Assembly: GCF_009914755.1 (NCBI RefSeq)
Contig: NC_060933.1
DNA length: 64,000 nt
Strand: one strand, 5' to 3'
Source: the human T2T-CHM13v2.0 reference genome, Homo sapiens
Shown here: piece after piece, positions 19,993-37,999 of the stretch
Numbering within the stretch: position 1 is the stretch's first letter
Layout of the letters: the number at the start of each line of letters is the position of its first letter
Notes under the pieces: generated by a model
Told to the model about the DNA's origin: nothing
The model's database searches: none
What the model saw: the letters and a program-made list of their open reading frames with translations, nothing else
Translations under genes and position numbers: made by a program

Positions 19993-20278
19993 CTGGGTGC
20001 TAGGGACTTGAAGCAACATGAACTGGAGGGAGCTGTGATGTGGACACGCTGAAATCGGTGGGGAGGAAGCGGAAGATTCAAGGGACCTCAAGAGACAGAA
20101 GAGTCAGGACTGGATGACTCCCATTCATTCACAAATGTTTACTGTGTGCCTACTATGTGTCAGGTTCCTGTGCTGTACGAGGGAGAAGGTTCCCAGGCTG
20201 CGGATGATGTATTCAGGATGCTGAGGGCTTACCTGTGGGGGTATCACTGGGTGCTAGGGACTTGAAGCAACATGAACT
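19993..20278. repeat. 226-bp copy (20023-20248) of 22911-23136 flanked by 32-bp direct repeats
   Basis: Direct comparison: one mismatch in 226 bp; ctgggtgctagggacttgaagcaacatgaact at 19993-20024 and 20247-20278. Confidence 0.95.
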
Positions 20279-20317
20279 CCCAGTGAAGACCATGGTTAAA
20301 AGGGACATTATTCACAT

Positions 20318-20323
20318 TTTATT
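20318..20323 (-). terminator. TRIM14: TRIM14 polyadenylation signal AATAAA
   Basis: tttatt on plus strand in an AT-rich block at the distal end of the UTR. Confidence 0.75.
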
Positions 20324-20439
20324 AAACCAAATATTAGAAAATTGCTGTCATTTAAAAATATCTGCAAGCAATTTGCCATATCAATAAAGAAATGTCTACA
20401 GATTCAAGTCTGAAAGAGAAGAAGGTAAGTGATCAGTAA

Positions 20440-20795
<356 letters not shown>

Positions 20796-22910
20796 TAGTT
20801 TTAAGGCAAGTTTATAACCTTTGGCTCATTTGAGCCTCACAGCACTTGGTAGGTAGTGCTATTATCCCCATTTTATAGATGGCACTGAGAAGTAAAAAGT
20901 GACTAGCCCTGGTCACACAATTGATATGGACTGAAACTGCCGCTTTCTGGCTATCACGGGCCTTGACACAGCTAGTTTGTGACCTTTACAGTCTAGCTCT
21001 GTCTCTGCTACATGAATCCCAAATTTTTGAATCAAGTTCCCCTCTGGGCCATAAGGCCTCATCTCAGACCCCCAAGGAAGGCAGTCCAAAGGTAGACTCA
21101 AGTCTCGCAGAGTAACCAGGCACTAGGAAAGCATCATGGGCAGTAGCTCCACGAGAGGGGCCAGAGCACCAGGCACTGGCCAGAGACCAGCTGCATTCAC
21201 CCTGAGCAGTAGGGCCTGGTGGCCATGAGCACAGACCTGGAACTCACAGCCTGGGCCCAGACTCCAGCTCCACCACTAGCTGTGCGACCTTGGGCAAGTG
21301 ACTCTGGGTCTCCATTTTGCCATGTGTAGAATTGGGAAAACTTTCTACCCTCTAGGGCTGATGAAAGGATCAGATGAGTTTAGTCGTAAAGCATTAAAAC
21401 AGTGCATTATAAACTATTAAGAGCTGTTATTACTTGGCCCCTGCAGCTGTGGGTCTGGGAAGAGGTCTTGGTCATCAGGGATGGGCAGAAATGTTGGGGT
21501 CAAGTGTATTCATCTTCCCTCTGTCAGGAACACCCTCTGCCTGTCACAATTCAGTTTGGGCCATTCCTAATAGAATTAATTTCCCCTTTTTCTCAGGATT
21601 CCTGCAGCATAGTGCTTAAAACTCTGTCCAGCCAGAGTTTTAAAGTCTTTGGTTAGAAGTTAAGGTGTTTGCAAGGTTCTGTCTGCCTGGTATTCTGCTA
21701 CATTGTCTCATATCAAAAGTGCCATTTTTAACTCAAAAACTATTGAAAATTGTCAGTTTTATATGGTTCAAACTAATGCACTGAAAGTCTATTTAAACCA
21801 CGAGGATTCGGCGACCTTGGCCTCCCACCAAGCACCTATGAAGATGCTTTAACAGAATATAACTTCAAAACCGTCTAGGGAATTGACAAAACAGGACGCA
21901 GAACCTTCAGAACGGAGACACAAATCCCTGGAAAGAAGCCTCCCACTCCCTGCTAGCGAAGGTGGCCTCCTGTGAGGGCCTACTGTTTTCTACCTCTGTC
22001 ACTTCATTCCAGACAGCTGGGCACTCTGGGTTTCCTTGGCAACATCTGGATCTAAGGGTGCTCTTACCCTTTTTGTCCCAAGACAGTTGGGAAACACCAC
22101 CCCCTTTGGTTGCTTAGCAACTGTCACCTGCTGATTCCTTCCCAAAATCCCCTGAGAAATGAGTAAGCAGGTTGAAAGCTGGGCCTAAGGGCTGGGCCAG
22201 GGGACAGGTCAGATGCTTGCCTGGGGGTGGGTGAACGGGGCACACGTCTGGCCCCCCTATATCACCCCGGGGTAACTTTACGCAGCTCTGCTTTCTTTCA
22301 GGACCTCAGACTCCCCAGATGAGATCTGGCTGGGTGACCTGTGAGGCCCGCCTAACTCAGCTCTTCTGTTACTCAGTGATAGGCACCTGCTGGTTATTAA
22401 TTCACTGCTTGGGAGGGAAGGGGCTTTCTGGGAACTTTTCAGGGTGGAGAGAGTATAGGACAAAGCTGCCCTTCCAAAGCCTCCAATTTAGTTGGAAAGA
22501 CAGGTCCCAGATTTGTGGCTCTGATAGTGAGATTCTTGTTCCTTGGTTAGACTTCCTGGCGCAGGTAAGCCTGCGGAAGACTGAGACAGGTGAAAAGACT
22601 TTTCTGCATGAATGTGCTGGCAGCAGAGAGGTGTGGAGGTGGAACTATGCGACACATTTCTGACTGGAGAGTCTCTAAGAAGAGTGGTAGGAGCTAGGTG
22701 AGGATAAGTAATTTTGGGCAGACTAGACAAGCCTTGAATGCTAAGGTGAGGCGCTTGTATTTTTTTTTGTTATTTCATGGAAACTCCTGGAAGCCTTTTC
22801 ATAGCTGAGGGGTTAAGTGAAGTTTTAGGAAGATCACTCTAGTTTTAGGGTGGAAGATGAGGACTGGGAGAGGGTTCAGACCAGGAACTGCTAAGAAGCT
22901 CTTGCAGCTT

Positions 22911-23136
22911 CTGGAGGGAGCTGTGATGTGGACACGCTGAAATCGGTGGGGAGGAAGCGGAAGATTCAAGGGACCTCAAGAGACAGAAGAGTCAGGACTG
23001 GATGACTCCCATTCATTCACAAACGTTTACTGTGTGCCTACTATGTGTCAGGTTCCTGTGCTGTACGAGGGAGAAGGTTCCCAGGCTGCGGATGATGTAT
23101 TCAGGATGCTGAGGGCTTACCTGTGGGGGTATCACT
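22911..23136. repeat. Source copy of the 226-bp duplication, in TRIM14 3' UTR
   Basis: Matches 20023-20248 at constant offset 2888 bp. Confidence 0.95.
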
Positions 23137-23379
23137 TTGAAGGAACTGGATTAAAGTAGTGTAAGTGATGGTGGGGTGAGGGTGCGGAGGTCTGATGAGA
23201 GGGCAGCAGCAGACTTGTTTAGGGCCTGTTTGAAACTAGCCTAGGAGAGGAAACCTTCAAAGCACTGTAGGCGTGATTGGTCGGGGAAAGCTGGGGCAGG
23301 GAGAGGGCCCTAAGAAGCAGGCAGTAAGGGGACCAGCCACGCTGATCTAGGTAGATTAGGCGAGACTGGGCAGCTGCGG

Positions 23380-24130
23380 CGTACCTGGAGGCTGTCACGC
23401 CGGTCCTGGCCCCTAGGGCAGCCGGGGGATGCTGATGGCCCCCTCCCAGAGCCGCAGGGCCGGGTAGAGCGGCTCCTGGAACGTGGCGCGGAAGGTATGC
23501 AGGTGGCTCATGCCGCCCGTCACGTCGTAGAAGGCGAGGACGCCGGCCTCGTAGTCCAGGAAGACGCCGAGCCGGTCGAGGTCGTCGCGGGGCCGCAGGC
23601 GGCTGCGCTGGCCGTCGTGGAAGGCCCAGTACTCAAGGTCGTAGCGCTTGAGGCACCAGGACTGGCGGTTGCAGCCCAGGCGGGCGGCGGCCGAGGCCCC
23701 GCGGCGCCGAAGGGAGGCGTAGGCCGCGCCCACCCACCAGCCGGCGCCCGCCTCCTGCACGTCAACCTCCCAGTAGTGGCGGCCGGTGGCGAAGCAGTCA
23801 CGAGCCAGCACTTGCCAGAGCGCGTCGAACCGCAGCACGGGCACGGGCCCCAGGCTGCCCAGCAGGCCGCAGCGCACCGTCAGGCGATCGGCGGACAGGC
23901 GCAGGCGCGCGTGCATCGTGTCAGGATCCAGCGTGGGCGTGCGCGCGTCTGCAGGGGGCGAGACAAGGGACGCACCTGGTGGGCGGGGCCAGCGCGGCGC
24001 CCCGCCCCCGGGAACCCACCAACGCACGTGCAAATCACAAAATGCGAAGCGCGGAAATGGCCCAAGGAAGGGGTGACAGACCCCTTTAAACCGCGACTGC
24101 CCCTGGGGCGGGGTCTTGGGGAAAGGGGAA
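23380..24130. promoter_or_regulatory. Intragenic 3' CpG island over TRIM14 exon 6 and end of intron 5
   Basis: Very CpG-dense, extends about 180 bp into the intron beyond coding constraint. Confidence 0.85.
23413..23948 (-). CDS. TRIM14: TRIM14 exon 6 coding part (PRY-SPRY/B30.2), 536 nt
   Basis: (Y)[18 protein letters not shown]...GRHYWEVDV...[16 protein letters not shown]...[21 protein letters not shown]; LDP, WEVD and LDYE B30.2 motifs; six exons sum to 1329 nt = 442 aa + stop. Confidence 0.98.
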
Positions 24131-24183
24131 GAAGAGATCACTCTGCTGCACATCCCTTATACTGTCTGTATTTTGTGCCGTGA

Positions 24184-24535
<352 letters not shown>

Positions 24536-24997
24536 TGATCTACTTGTGAGGCATTTTGACACATCATAATATCCTTTCACAAGAGCATTTTAGTGGAGAT
24601 TCTAAAATTTTGATGTTTGGACGCATAACTTAGTCCTCCGTTTAAAAAGCTTTTGAAACCACTAATACAATTACATTTTTACGTATCTGATTGCTTCTGT
24701 AGAATATACTCCTAAAACAGGAATTGCTGGGTCAATGGGTATTTTTTTAAGGTCTTTGATACATATTGCAAAACTATCCTCCCCAAAGTTTGTAGTGATT
24801 TAAACTCTCATTAACATTTCTCTTTGCATTACACCATGTATGTACACATGAAGTTTTTTTTGTTGTTGTTGTTGTTGTTTTTTAAGTCTGGATCACAGGG
24901 TATGTGGATATTCAGCTTTCATAAACAAGGCCAAACAGTTTTCCATGGACATTTGGATTGTTTCCGTGTTGCCTATTGTGACTAATGTTGCTATAAC

Positions 24998-25935
<938 letters not shown>

Positions 25936-26475
25936 TAACATTCTTGTGCAGGTCTTTTGATTCACATATGTATGCATTTCTGTTGGATATATGTCTAAGG
26001 TGGGAGAAAATGCTGCTCATTATAACCACTTCTATTCAACAATGTTCTAAATGTAGTAGACAGTAACTCAAGGCACGAAAAAGAAGTGAAAGGAAAGAAT
26101 AAAGATCGGGGAAATGAAAGATTATTATTCATAGGTGACATGCTTATTTACACAAAAACCCAAATAATCTGTAGATAGCTTAGAAGTACTAAGTGAATTT
26201 ATAACAGCCACTCAGTATGTCAATATACAAAAATGGATAAATCTCATATTGAGTGAAAGAAGCAAAACACAGAAGGGTATAGTGTGAATGATCTACTGAA
26301 AGTTCAAAAACAGGTAAAACTAACCTATAGTCCTAGAAGTCTGGAGAGTGGATCCCCTTTGGGGATAGTAAACAAGAAGGCACATGAGGAAGACTTCTGG
26401 GGAGTGGAAATTTCCATTTCTTGATCTGAAGGTGGTTACAAAATATGTTTCCTTTTTAAAAAATCATTGAGCTGA

Positions 26476-27400
<925 letters not shown>

Positions 27401-27852
27401 ACATAGTGATAATATTAGCTGGGCACAGTGGCTCACTGTATAAATCCCAAATATATATATGTTCATAATATATCAGTAAATGAAAACAGATGACAAAACA
27501 GTATGTATAGTATGACACCACGTTTGTAACATAAAAAGATATATTAAATATATCATTATATGCATATTAGATGTGCTAAAAAAGCTAAAAGGACAAATAA
27601 TAATAGCAGTTATTCACAGAAGAGGGATTATGAGTAACTTTTTTCTTTCATTTTCTAATTTTTCTACAATGAACATGTATTGTTTTATTGCCTTTAATAA
27701 TAAACATTTTTTAAAAAACAAGTTCTTAAAATAAATAAATAAATAAATTCTAATGAGAAAAAAAGAGGGACCTCCATTTCCATGATCCTCCTCCACCCAA
27801 CATCCCACCATCTCCACCGTCTCCACCCTATCCCCACTCCCGGGGGTCTTAC

Positions 27853-27945
27853 ATTTCAGCAATAGCGATCGCTCTGGTGAGGGGCTGGTTTTCAACAAGG
27901 TACCTGGCTTGGTGCTGGAAGGGTCTGAGAGCTGGCAGTTTATGC
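27853..27945 (-). CDS. TRIM14: TRIM14 exon 5, 93 nt
   Basis: CAG acceptor, (S)[30 protein letters not shown](Y), GTAAGA donor; phases match both neighbours. Confidence 0.95.
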
Positions 27946-28526
27946 CTGTAAGGAATTGTTGAGAAATGAGCGCCCGGAGCTTATGCAAGCAGACAAATAA
28001 GACGTGCTAAAAATACCACACAACTGGAGATTCGCATAATCTCGCCCAAGAGCCAGGCAGATTTAAGGGATTTATGTGAATTCACAGGGACAGGAAAACC
28101 CCAGGATGACAAGGCTGGTGTGGGAGAGTCCTAAATAGGAGGAGGAGCTGAGGCGCGAACAACTACTGGATCCAACACTCAAGGATGGGCGGCGACTCAG
28201 GGAAGATGTGCAGATTCCAGGGTAAAGATGGAAAACAAGAAAGTAGAGCTGAGTCCTCAGGAAGGTCTGAGTGCTCAGAAAGAAAGAAGGAGGGGAGTCT
28301 ATCCCAACAAGCGGGCACAGCAGGGGCACCCAGGGCCCTTGGCACTTGCTGTGCCCTCTGCCTGGACAGCCCCCCCACACCCTTCCCCCCTTGCCCAGGT
28401 TGCCTCCTTCCCAGCTATTGGGGCCGCAGCTCACTCAGCACCTCCGCAGAAGTGCCTTCCGCCCCCATCACTCCCAGCACTCATCACAGGGGCCTGTAGA
28501 GATCTGTGGGAAGCCCACCTGCAGGC

Positions 28527-28925
28527 TGTTTAAATCAAGTTTTGCCTAAAGCTCCTCCTTACATCTTTTAAGTTCGGCCTACATATTTTTCTGTACGTCA
28601 TGAACAATAACAAGTGGAGGTGTAAACAGACCGTAGCCTGCACTTGTGCCAATCACCAAGTTTTGGCCAATCAGATGTAGCCAACTGTTCAAATTGTGTT
28701 CAAATTAGGCGAACGCCGAGCTGTAACCAATCCAGCTGCTTCTGTACCTCACTTCTGTTTTCTGTACGTCGCTTTCCTTTTTCTGTCCCTAAATCTTCTT
28801 CCACCACGTGGCTGTGCTGGAGTCTCTGAGTGCACTGTGGCTCAGAGGGCTGCCGGATTCATGAATCGTTCATTGCTCATTTAAACTCCTTTAAATTTAA
28901 TTTGGCTGAAGTTGTTCTTTCATCA
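28527..28925 (+). mobile_element. MER57-like ERV1 solo LTR
   Basis: tgtt.aaat.aagttt.gcctaaagct.ctccttaca..ttttaagttcggccta start, TG...CA termini, 4-bp TSD aggc. Confidence 0.82.
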
Positions 28926-29473
28926 AGGCAAAAGCCTCTCCCCTCTCCCCAGAACTCTAGAATCATAGGTCCTACTGCCGAGGCGATACCACCACATGGG
29001 AAGTCCAACTTCTCAAATCTAACAGGTTCACTTCATTCCCTCCAGTCCTAAATACTCTTTCTCACTTCAGAAAATGACAGTTTCCTTCTGCGAGTTGCCC
29101 ACGTCCAAATCCTTGGATTCTGATCTCTTTCCTCTCTCCCCTGTGACCCTACGTCCACTCCTGTTGTCCCCATTGCTGCTCCTTCGATATGGCCAGCTCA
29201 CTCCCATCGCGCCTCAGGACCTCCACCCTTGCTTTTCCCTCTGTCTAGAATACCTCCCCCAGACGTAACAGCAGCAGCAATCATAATCGCCAAGACATAC
29301 GTGGTGCTTAATATGCCTGAGCGCTATATGTGTAAGAGCTCATTTAATCCTCACAGCAGCCCAGGAGAGGCGACTGCATTATGGTCTCCACTTTACAGAT
29401 GCAGAAACAGAGGCATGGAAAAGGGAGGAGCCGTGTCTAAGATGGCAGGGTTCAGCAGGGTTCCAAGTGGTAG

Positions 29474-30026
<553 letters not shown>

Positions 30027-30810
30027 TGACATGTTTGTGTACGGTCTGTCTTCCCCTACGAAGACTGTGAGCACCAAAAGAGGAGAAGGAGCTTTGTTTT
30101 GTGCCCTGCTATGCCTGGCATATAAGAGGGGCTTGATAAATGTTCTGAATGAATCATGATAGCAGAGGTGAATGAATGAATGAATGCATAAATGAATCAA
30201 AGAACAGATATTTTTGAGTACATGTTTTGTGCCAGGCCCTGGGGGGACCTCAGAGTTGGACCTAAAGCTGGTTTCTGCCCTTCACGTGCTTACAAGGGGC
30301 AAGGAGGGGGGTCCATGTATCCACTTCATGAGCACCCTCTAGCAGGACATGGGCAGGCCCTGGAGCGGGAAGGGAGAGGGGAGATGGCTAAAGGAGAGAG
30401 TGAGTCAGGGCTGGGCTGGCAGGAAAGGGCTTCCCAGGTGGGCGCAGCTGTGCCAGTCTGCCTCGAAGGGGTGCCAGGCCTTGGCCCCAGCCAGAGGAAG
30501 AGAAGGAGGAAGAGTTGGTCATTCCAGCTGGGAGCCCAGAGCAAGGCTGAGATGTGGCAGGCTCCCAGGAGCAATCTGAGGGGCAGAAGCAGGGCAGTGT
30601 GACTGGAGAAGGGCAGGTCTCAGTCTCAGGAAGGGTTGGAGGTGAAGTGGTGAGGGTGGGTTGGGCACCAGGCCCAGGAGCCCCTGACCGCCCAGCCAAG
30701 GGCCTCAGTGTGGGAGAGACAGGATGTAGGGAGATGATCTTTGCATTCGTCTCTGGGCTAAAGGACACTAGGGGAGTTAAGGACACAAAGTTGGTCACTC
30801 GGCGACTTAC

Positions 30811-30973
30811 TTTCCTTAAGGCGAATGTCCAATGGCGTCTGTAATGTACTCTCCACGGCTTCCACGAGGCCCTTAAAGAAGCTCTTGACGGGCTCAAAGG
30901 AGAGGGGCACGGGATGGCACAGCTCCCCGAGGCTCATCTGCTGCTGCATCTCCTGCTCGGTGGCCGTGTATGC
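30811..30973 (-). CDS. TRIM14: TRIM14 exon 4, 163 nt
   Basis: CAG acceptor, [54 protein letters not shown](S), GTAAGT donor. Confidence 0.96.
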
Positions 30974-32842
30974 CTGTGTGGGCACACGGGGGTGAGGGTG
31001 GCTCTGGGAGATGCAGGCAGCATCCCAGCCTCCTGTGCTGCACCCAGGAACAAACCCACACCAGCATGCCCAGGCTCCACGTTGGCCTGGCACCTATGGT
31101 CAGCCCAGGCCATGCCTGCAGGAGCAGAGCCCTGGAGAGACCATACGGCATCCCTGAGGTGGGAGCCATGCGGAGGTGCGGTTTTTCAGTGCTGGCACTG
31201 GGGATTCCTCCCTCTCCATCCTTCCTCCTTTCCTTCCTTCCTTACGTGTTCATTGAAACCTACTCTGTGCCAGCTATGCATGCAGAAGGCAGGGTCAGGC
31301 TGACACGGGGCCCTTCCCAGAGAGGCTTCAGCCTCACACACACTGCGCCACGGGTCTGCCTTGGGTACAAAAAGGGTGAGAGGTCAGTCTCCCTGGGGAA
31401 GGAGCACCTGGAGCTTATTCAAAGGTGGAGCAGGAAACCATGTTCTAAGAAGGACGCCAAAGGCCAGCAAGGTTCAGCTGCAGTGCTGACTGAGGGGGTG
31501 TGGCCACCGCAGGGGACATGTGTCCTGTTTTGCACCTGGACAGCCCCTCTTCAATACTTTCCTGTGGTATGTGGCTTCACTAAGGAGAAGCTAGAAAACC
31601 CCCTCTCCCAGCTCCCTTTGCACCTGTGCTGCAGGAGTGTGACCAGACGCCTCCAAGCCAAAGCGTGGATTTGGAAATGACGGTGAAGGTAGTGATGGTG
31701 GCATGTGGCACTGAGGGACAGCAGTGGTGGGGGCTCTGGTCAGTGGTGTGAGTGGTGATGTCTTGCCCAGCAGGGGTGCCGTGGGGCCTATACTGGCACC
31801 AACCCCTGCTGGAGTCTGGACTTCATTCCTGCTGCCCATCTTCCATCCCGACTCTCTGGCCCTCCTGGAGATCCTATGGGCTATCTCATACTCTTCCATA
31901 AACTCCTTTCTTGCTTAAAACAGTTCCAGTGGATTCTCATGTTTGCAGGTAAGAACCATGGCTGCATTTTCTGAAGCTCTGTCCTGGCCAGGAGTTGGAA
32001 GGAAGATGACTGCCTCAGGTGATCAGGCTTGGCTGGCAGTGGCAGTGCTGCCCACCCGAGAAGGGGTGGACAGATGAGGGCCTCAGGAGGGAGGGAGGGT
32101 GGCCTAGCACTTGGCTGTTGGGCAGGGGCAGATCCCACCTGGCAGCATGCTGTACATTGGGAGGGGGCTGTGAGATGGCCTGCAAGCCCCATTCAGCCTA
32201 GGAGGCCAGGAGTCTATAGAGTCCAACCTCATTTTGGTGGGGAACCAGGCCTAAGGTCACACCCAGAGCGCTGGAATGGAGCTGGCCAGGGGAGACCAAG
32301 CACTAGCAGGAAGTCCAGGGTGGGCAGGGAGCAGCTCCGGGGAGGCGAGAGGGGGCTCAGAGGGCAGATGAGTAGGGTAGGATGAGGGGTCGATAGAGGA
32401 CACATGGCACCACCTGGTAACCCCAAACTCCAGCAGCTAGCACCAGACCTGACACACAGGTTCTCAAAACATATGTATGATGGAATAAATCAATGCATGA
32501 AACCGAGCACAGCCACTTTTTTGCCTTTGCAGACTCAGAGAACAGAAATCCCAGCCCTTCATCTCTCAGGCCAGAAACCCAGGCATCATCTGGGGATTCC
32601 TCCTACCCATTCTCCAATTCCAATCTCCATTCCTGTGGCATCTCTTGACCTGCCTGTTTCTCCCCATCCCCACTGCCCCTGTCTTGGTCCAGGCCACCAT
32701 CATCTCTCTCCTGGACATTGTGGCCTCCTCCCAAGTTCTCTTCCAGCCTCCCATCCTGGCCTCCTCTGTCCATCTTCCACTCTATCTCTAAAGTGACTTT
32801 TCTAAAGCACTAATCTGACCATGTGAATGCTTTCATCCCTCA

Positions 32843-33166
<324 letters not shown>

Positions 33167-34373
33167 CTATCTCATTACAGGACAAAGTCTGAACTCCATG
33201 GCACATAAGGCCTTCATGAACTAACTATGGCCTATGGATCCAGCTGTGTCTCTCAATCCCCCCACCCTTATACCCTCACCTCTCCTCAAGTCAGGCTGCA
33301 CCCCAGCTGGTTCCCCAGCCTGTCAAGCTCTCACATGTACACAGTTCCTGTCTGTCCTCTCTGCGTCCTCTCTATATACAGTGTGCTCCTACTCATTGTC
33401 CAGCACCCAACCCTACCATCACCTCTTCCTAGAAGTCTTCCCAGACTGCATCCTTCTCCCAGCCAGAGAGTGTCAGACATTTCTTGGACATAATTTTGCT
33501 AGCTTCATATTTACAAAATTGTTTAAGCTGTATTGTAAATAACTGTTTCTGAGCAAGTCCCCCACCCAACTGTGAGCTCCTAATGTCCAGCAAGTGACCT
33601 GGCTCAGTACATATTGATGAATAAACGAATGAACACATAGAAGGTGGGAACGGTGAATGATTAAAATCATTAGCTGTGGCCCAAGAGAATTTGAAAAAAA
33701 AAGATGACAAAGCCCTGAAACCGTTTTCTGATGTGAGAATAGCATGCTTCTCCATGGAAGGATTCCTTTGTATTCCATAGCCTTAAAAACGACCATTATT
33801 TAAAAAGAGACAATTACATGTAACACTTTGTGCATCTTGCCTCTCTTAAAGCACAACACCCATTATGCCTAGGAAAACACTTCATCCAGAATTTGGCTCA
33901 AACAGCTGACAATGAGACACAGGCTGAACCGACTGAGGCCACATAAAGACACAAGAGTGGAAATCCCCAGCTGGAGACTGGCTTGGCGGGTTTTGTGTTG
34001 ACTGGCTTATTTGTCTGTCTTATTTTCCAGCCAGAGCCCATACTAATCTGTGGTTAGAGTTGGTGCCACTTTTAGTTGTACCCTGCCTTGTCCCACAGCC
34101 TTTAAAGTGTCTTGTGAAGGTCCTCTAATAAGGCAAGATTTTTCTTTATAGCGAGAAAAATGAAGCTAAGAGAAAATTAGACACAAAGTGTTTGCCATGA
34201 AGCCTTAGTCTGGTTAGTCAAAGCAGATTTGGCTCTGAACTTCCCAAGGCAAAGAAGGAAACAGGAGGAGCTCTATTAGTGGAAAAGCAATTCTAGTGCA
34301 GAAGTGACTGCACAGGGATATTGACACCAGACAACAGTTTCTTCCACGGTTCCCTAAAGACAGGAACACCATC

Positions 34374-35428
<1,055 letters not shown>

Positions 35429-35874
35429 TCAGAGGGCCAGGCAGGGTCCCTTGTGGGTTTAGAGTCAGACAGACCTAGACAGACAGCCAGACCTGATACC
35501 AGCTCTGCTACCTACCTGCTGTGTGAGACCAGGTGAGTCACTTCACTGAGCCTCAATTTCTTGTTTATAAAATGGGGTGAGCCCACTTTGCAGAGTTCTG
35601 GTGAATATTAGTGCTAAACTACACAGTGCTCAGGACACAGGGGCCTTTGAAATTGGTGGCTGTTAATATTATTTAATTAGCCCAAGAGGTGTATTATCTT
35701 CCTAACAATGTATATTCTCTTGACCACCTGTGTGGGGGCAAGACAGTCTACATGGTGACAAGACAATAGTCCATGTACTTGCTTAGTGTGTCAATACTGT
35801 GCTCAATGCCACAATACTTGAGATGAAGTGTGGGTGGCAGGTGGCAGCAGTAAGAGCAGTGACCCCAGCATTAC

Positions 35875-36108
35875 CTGAAGCCTCTGGACAGGATCGGGCT
35901 CCTGGCTGATACTCCAGACCCTGTTGGAGAGATCATTCATGATGTCAAGTTGCTCTCTGCAAGAGTCAGCTTGTTCCCTGTACACCTGGAGGGTAAGCTG
36001 CGTGTTTTTATCAATGAATTTCTTGGCCAGCGCTTCCTCTTCGTCAAGTAGTAATCTGAGTTCAGTGAATTTCCCCTTCAGCCAGGTTTTACTTGACTCT
36101 GCATTAGC
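35875..36108 (-). CDS. TRIM14: TRIM14 exon 3 (coiled coil), 234 nt
   Basis: TAG acceptor after pyrimidine tract, [31 protein letters not shown]...[15 protein letters not shown] donor. Confidence 0.96.
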
Positions 36109-36119
36109 CTAAAAACAGA

Positions 36120-37998
<1,879 letters not shown>

Positions 37999-37999
37999 T

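Noticed and set aside
19993-20278. Retrotransposon or CRISPR-like repeat-spacer-repeat reading of the 32-bp direct repeats
   Set aside because: Only two repeats, no poly-A tail or L1 endonuclease site, duplication longer than a typical TSD, and the insert is a local genomic copy
23497-24183. 228-aa plus-strand ORF antisense to TRIM14 exon 6
   Set aside because: Shadow ORF from very high GC3 codon usage
30970-31680. 236-aa plus-strand ORF in TRIM14 intron 3
   Set aside because: No recognisable domain or codon bias; includes L2-like sequence; length plausible by chance in GC-rich DNA
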